Below, in pieces: positions 60,948 to 64,000 of a stretch of 64,000 bases of DNA. The stretch spans positions 20,713-84,712 of the forward strand of contig CAWEKG010000002.1 in NCBI GenBank assembly GCA_963809595.1. The letters run 5' to 3'. Each line of letters begins with the position of its first letter. Within the stretch, counting starts at the first letter, position 1. Below the pieces are notes generated by a model that saw nothing but the letters and a program-made list of their open reading frames with translations, was not told where the DNA came from and made no database searches. A program made the position numbers and the translations under genes. This DNA comes from an uncultured Chloroflexia bacterium (lineage in GTDB: Bacteria; Chloroflexota; Limnocylindria; Limnocylindrales; CSP1-4).

Positions 60948-61409
60948 TCAGACCCCTTCAGCTGCGAACATCGCCTCATCGGCCTCGACGGCGGCGATGA
61001 GGGCCTGGATGGGGATGCGGCCGTTGGCGATGAGCTGGCCGCCGGCCCGGCGCATCGCCGAGGCGAACGGCGCGGCCCACAGGTTCTCGTAGACGAGGAC
61101 GCCGGCGATCGTGCCGGGATCCATCGCGGCGGCGAGGTGGTCGACGTCCTCCTCGGCCAGAGTCTCGGCCAGCTGGGCCTCGATCCGGGCGAACTCACCG
61201 AGCTCGTCGAGATCGCCCAGCTCCTGGGCCATGACCGTGCCGTCGTCGGCCTTCGCCAGGATGAGGATGTCCATGATCCGGATGATCCCGGCATCGTGGA
61301 GCCGGATGAGCTCGTCCGCTCCCTCGCCGGTGAAGTTCTGGGCCCCGGCCGGGAACTCGACGATCAGGTAGTCGACGGGCCCCAGCTCGTCGAGCGATCG
61401 GTCGGTCAT
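60948..61409 (-). CDS. DUF6325-like protein (family name from memory), unknown function
   Basis: ATG at 61409 follows GGAGAG. MTDRSLDELGPVDYLIVEFPAGAQNFTGEGADELIRLHDAGIIRIMDILILAKADDGTV... The ORF track extends 5' to 61676, but that part is Arg/Pro junk. Confidence 0.7.
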   Translation of the reverse strand: MTDRSLDELGPVDYLIVEFPAGAQNFTGEGADELIRLHDAGIIRIMDILILAKADDGTVMAQELGDLDELGEFARIEAQLAETLAEEDVDHLAAAMDPGTIAGVLVYENLWAAPFASAMRRAGGQLIANGRIPIQALIAAVEADEAMFAAEGV

Positions 61410-61594
61410 GATCTCTCCGTTTCTGGCTCGACTCGAGCCGGGAATGGGCGGGGACCTGTTCGGGTCCAGGTCTGCCGGACCTCGATGACACCCGCGACGG
61501 CGTCCGCGATCGGCGAGGCCCATGATACGCGGTACAGGCGCGAGACCCGCGTCGGGGCGCCGGACCGGGTGACCTTCCGAGGGGAGCGACGACG

Positions 61595-62425
61595 ATGGGA
61601 TCCAGGCACGAGACGCTCCGGGACGTCTGGACGATCTTCGACGGTCTGCCGCTGCTCTACCGCACGAACACGACACCGCCGCCTGACGACGCCCGGACGA
61701 TCATCCACATCCACGGCTTCGCCATCTCCGGTCGCTATCTGCTGCCCACGGCCTCGCTCCTCGCCCCGGACTACGCGACCTTCGTCCCCGACCTGCCCGG
61801 CTTCGGACGGAGCCACCACCCGGTCCACCCTCTGACGATCGACCAACTGGGCGATGCCGTCGTCCGGTTCATGGACCAGCAGGGTGTCCAGCGTGCCGTG
61901 CTCCTCGGCAACTCGCTCGGCTGCCCGATCATCGGCTCGATGCTCGACGAGCATGTCGACCGCATCGAGGCCGTCATCTTCGTCTCGCCCGCCGGCGGTC
62001 GCTACAACCTGCCGATCTACCGGGGCGTCGCGCAGATGGCCCTGGCGGGTCTCCGCGAGCCGCCCCGGATGTTCCCGATCGCCCTGACCGACTACGCTCG
62101 GTACGGGCTGATCCCCTCGATCGACCTGCTCTGGTCGATGCTCCACTACCCGACGGTGCAGCGGCTGCGCGAGCTCGTTGTCCCGGCCCTCGTCGTGCTC
62201 GGGTCGCGCGACCCGCTGGTCGGCGAGGCCTGGGTCGCCCAGCGCGCCGCCGAGCTGCCGCACGTAAGCGTGGCGGTCATCGACGGCGCCGCCCACGCGA
62301 TCAACTTCTCGCACCCCGATCAGTTGGCAAACGTCGTGCGCTGCTTCCTCGAGGGTCGGACCATCGAGGCGGACCCGTCCGCGAAGGGTGCCGTCCGGGT
62401 CCTCGCGACGCCGCTCCAGCCCTGA
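61595..62425 (+). CDS. alpha/beta-fold hydrolase
   Basis: IIHIHGFAISG (oxyanion region), nucleophile elbow LLGNSLGC and a C-terminal GAAHAINF (His). Confidence 0.8.
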   Translation: MGSRHETLRDVWTIFDGLPLLYRTNTTPPPDDARTIIHIHGFAISGRYLLPTASLLAPDYATFVPDLPGFGRSHHPVHPLTIDQLGDAVVRFMDQQGVQRAVLLGNSLGCPIIGSMLDEHVDRIEAVIFVSPAGGRYNLPIYRGVAQMALAGLREPPRMFPIALTDYARYGLIPSIDLLWSMLHYPTVQRLRELVVPALVVLGSRDPLVGEAWVAQRAAELPHVSVAVIDGAAHAINFSHPDQLANVVRCFLEGRTIEADPSAKGAVRVLATPLQP

Positions 62426-62439
62426 GCCGGCGGCCCGAG

Positions 62440-63177
62440 ATGCCGACGCGAGCCCGGCGGACGGACCGGACCCACGGTCTGCCCCTGGTCTCGATCGACG
62501 TGGGCGACGGCCCCCCGCTGCTCCTGCTCCACGGTCTGGCGGGCTCGGCCCGGTGGTGGGCTCGCAACGTCCCGGCGCTGTCGCGCTCCTTCCGGACGAT
62601 CGCGATCGATCTGCCCGGCTTCGGCGCCTCGCCGCGCGGTCATCGGCTGGTGCTCGACGAGGCCGCCGACCAGCTGGTCGGGACGATGGATCGACTGGGG
62701 ATCGAGCGGGCCAGCGTGATCGGGCACTCGATGGGCGGGTTGATCGCCGGGGGCCTGGCGGCCGATCACCCCGGACGCGTCGACCGACTGGTCCTCGTCG
62801 ATGCCGCCTTCCTGTCCCTGGGCCCAACCGCCATCCGACGCGTCGGCGGTCCGGCGACCACCCTTCGCCGGACGGCGCCCAGCCTGCTGCCGGTGCTGGT
62901 GCGTGACAGCCTGCGCTCCGGTCCCGTCCGTCTCGCCGACGCGACCATCCAGCTGCTGGGCGCCGACTGGCGAACGAAGCTGCCCCGGATCCAGGCCCCG
63001 ACGCTGGTGATCTGGGGTGAGCACGACACGATCTGCCCGCTGTCGATCGGCCGCCGGATCGTCGCCGCCGTCCCCGGTTCGAGGCTGGTGGTTGTGCCTG
63101 GAGCGGCCCACAACCCGATGTGGGAGCAGCCGGACGCCTTCGATCGGGAGGTACTGGACTTCCTGTCGGCGTCGTAA
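62440..63177 (+). CDS. alpha/beta-fold hydrolase (second, adjacent)
   Basis: LLLLHGLAGS, nucleophile elbow VIGHSMGG and C-terminal GAAHNPMWEQP. Confidence 0.8.
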   Translation: MPTRARRTDRTHGLPLVSIDVGDGPPLLLLHGLAGSARWWARNVPALSRSFRTIAIDLPGFGASPRGHRLVLDEAADQLVGTMDRLGIERASVIGHSMGGLIAGGLAADHPGRVDRLVLVDAAFLSLGPTAIRRVGGPATTLRRTAPSLLPVLVRDSLRSGPVRLADATIQLLGADWRTKLPRIQAPTLVIWGEHDTICPLSIGRRIVAAVPGSRLVVVPGAAHNPMWEQPDAFDREVLDFLSAS

Positions 63178-63218
63178 GGCCCGAGCCTGTTGCCAGGGCC
63201 CGGCCCGCCCGGAACGAC

Positions 63219-63250
63219 GAAGCGGCGCCGGGATGGGCCGGCGCCGCTTC
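63219..63250. terminator. GC-rich perfect hairpin between convergent genes
   Basis: GAAGCGGCGCCGG-gatggg-CCGGCGCCGCTTC: a 13-bp perfect stem with a 6-nt loop. Confidence 0.55.
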
Positions 63251-63324
63251 GAGTGCCACGATCGCGGGGTGCGTTCCCGGGTGGGGCCGGGACCCGCGAT
63301 CGGGCGGGTGATCGTTCGGTCGGA

Positions 63325-64000
63325 TCAGCCGTTCGTGCTGGGGGTGGCAGTCGGGTTCGCGTTCTTCGGCAGGCCAGGCATGCCCCAGCCGTGACGGCCG
63401 CCGCCGAAGCCGTCGATGCCGAGCGCGAACGCCCGGACCTGCGAGGCGGTCAGGTTCCCGTCGGAGCCCTTGGTGCCCTCGGCCGTGAGGTACATCCCGA
63501 CCTTCACGTCGGTCAGGCCCGCCGTCGTCACGCCGCCCACCTTGTAGATGGTGCTGCCGTTGACGTTGATCGTGGCGGGGGTGCCGTCACGCTGCTTGAC
63601 CGTGATCGTGGAACCGGTCGTGCCGGTCACGGTCCCGCCGACCACCGGCAGGATGACCCGGATCGCCGTGATCGAGTAGGACCCGTCGGTGTTCTTGGTC
63701 TGGCCGAAGACGATCTGGTCGCCGGTCTTGAGGTCGCCGACGGCGATCGTCTTGCCGCCCTTGGTGATCTGGGTGTTGGCGGTGGTCGCGATCGTCCGGG
63801 TCCAGCCGTCGGCCGTCTTCAGGTCGAGGTTCGAGCCGTGGACCCCGGTGATCGTGATGTCACCGAAGCCGCCGCCACGGCCGAAGCCGCCGAAGTCGCC
63901 GAAGTCGGCCGGCCCGCCGGCGCTCGGCCCGCCGAGACCGGCGGCCGCGGGCGGGAGGATCTTCGTGGCATCGGTCCCGCCGGAGGGCGCTGCGGGTGAG
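63325..64000 (-). CDS. secreted repeat protein with DUF5666-like beta-barrel repeats; 5' end outside window
   Basis: The frame of ORF 63325..63645 stays open to the window edge. My translation: ...FGDFGGFGRGGGFGDITITGVHGSNLDLKTADGWTRTIATTANTQITKGGKTIAVGDLKTGDQIVFGQTKNTDGSYSITAIRVILPVVGGTVTGTTGSTITVKQRDGTPATINVNGSTIYKV...DVKVGMYLTAEG. The repeats follow a G-x-V/I-T...I-x-V...DG...T-x-I...DLKxGD pattern. Confidence 0.65.
   Translation of the reverse strand, partial: SPAAPSGGTDATKILPPAAAGLGGPSAGGPADFGDFGGFGRGGGFGDITITGVHGSNLDLKTADGWTRTIATTANTQITKGGKTIAVGDLKTGDQIVFGQTKNTDGSYSITAIRVILPVVGGTVTGTTGSTITVKQRDGTPATINVNGSTIYKVGGVTTAGLTDVKVGMYLTAEGTKGSDGNLTASQVRAFALGIDGFGGGRHGWGMPGLPKNANPTATPSTNG

Noticed and set aside
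1-64000. I looked for CRISPR arrays, transposases or IS elements, integrases, prophage genes, toxin-antitoxin pairs and known defence-system components.
   Set aside because: No regularly spaced repeats, terminal inverted repeats, DDE or tyrosine-recombinase signatures, or nuclease/ATPase defence modules were seen in any frame. tRNA-Asn is not followed by an integrase or a direct repeat of its 3' end.

Overview
This is a very GC-rich (roughly 70% by eye) bacterial chromosomal segment, densely coding on both strands. Its gene order resembles actinobacterial synteny (CorC-like, recO, glyQS ... dnaG-rpoD), but I cannot assign taxonomy from this window alone. I can support about 55 protein genes, one tRNA-Asn(GTT), three strong GC-rich hairpins at convergent gene ends, and a few candidate operator or repeat elements. 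The content is mostly housekeeping and central or peripheral metabolism: recO, glyQS, an NfnAB-type ferredoxin:NADP oxidoreductase, a plant-type ferredoxin-NADP reductase, pyruvate phosphate dikinase, thymidine kinase and a bona fide ACC deaminase. There is also a complete xylose module (xylA-xylB, xylF-xylH-ATPase, ROK regulator), two GGDEF cyclases, dnaG-rpoD, two ABC-2 exporters and assorted secreted or envelope enzymes. I saw no CRISPR array, transposase, integrase, phage gene or recognisable defence gene, and I did not find a convincing novel multi-gene system. Five observations are most worth a second look. (i) At least 12 single-base frame disruptions are restricted to the first ~7.3 kb, hitting five genes including essential glyQS. 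(ii) An ATTTGTGTTCCyCTC...CAAA operator-like element, each with a TGGTAC box downstream, occurs in front of xylA and again in the ROK-regulator/oxidoreductase divergent region. (iii) A 23-bp perfect palindrome sits inside a cluster of TTGACA-like motifs upstream of dnaG. (iv) A 68-aa triple-repeat Ala/Val/Gly mini-protein is translationally coupled behind a DUF6325-like gene. (v) A lipid-kinase gene and a dual-specificity-phosphatase gene overlap. All functional calls come from by-eye motif recognition on the supplied ORF translations; no database search was run.
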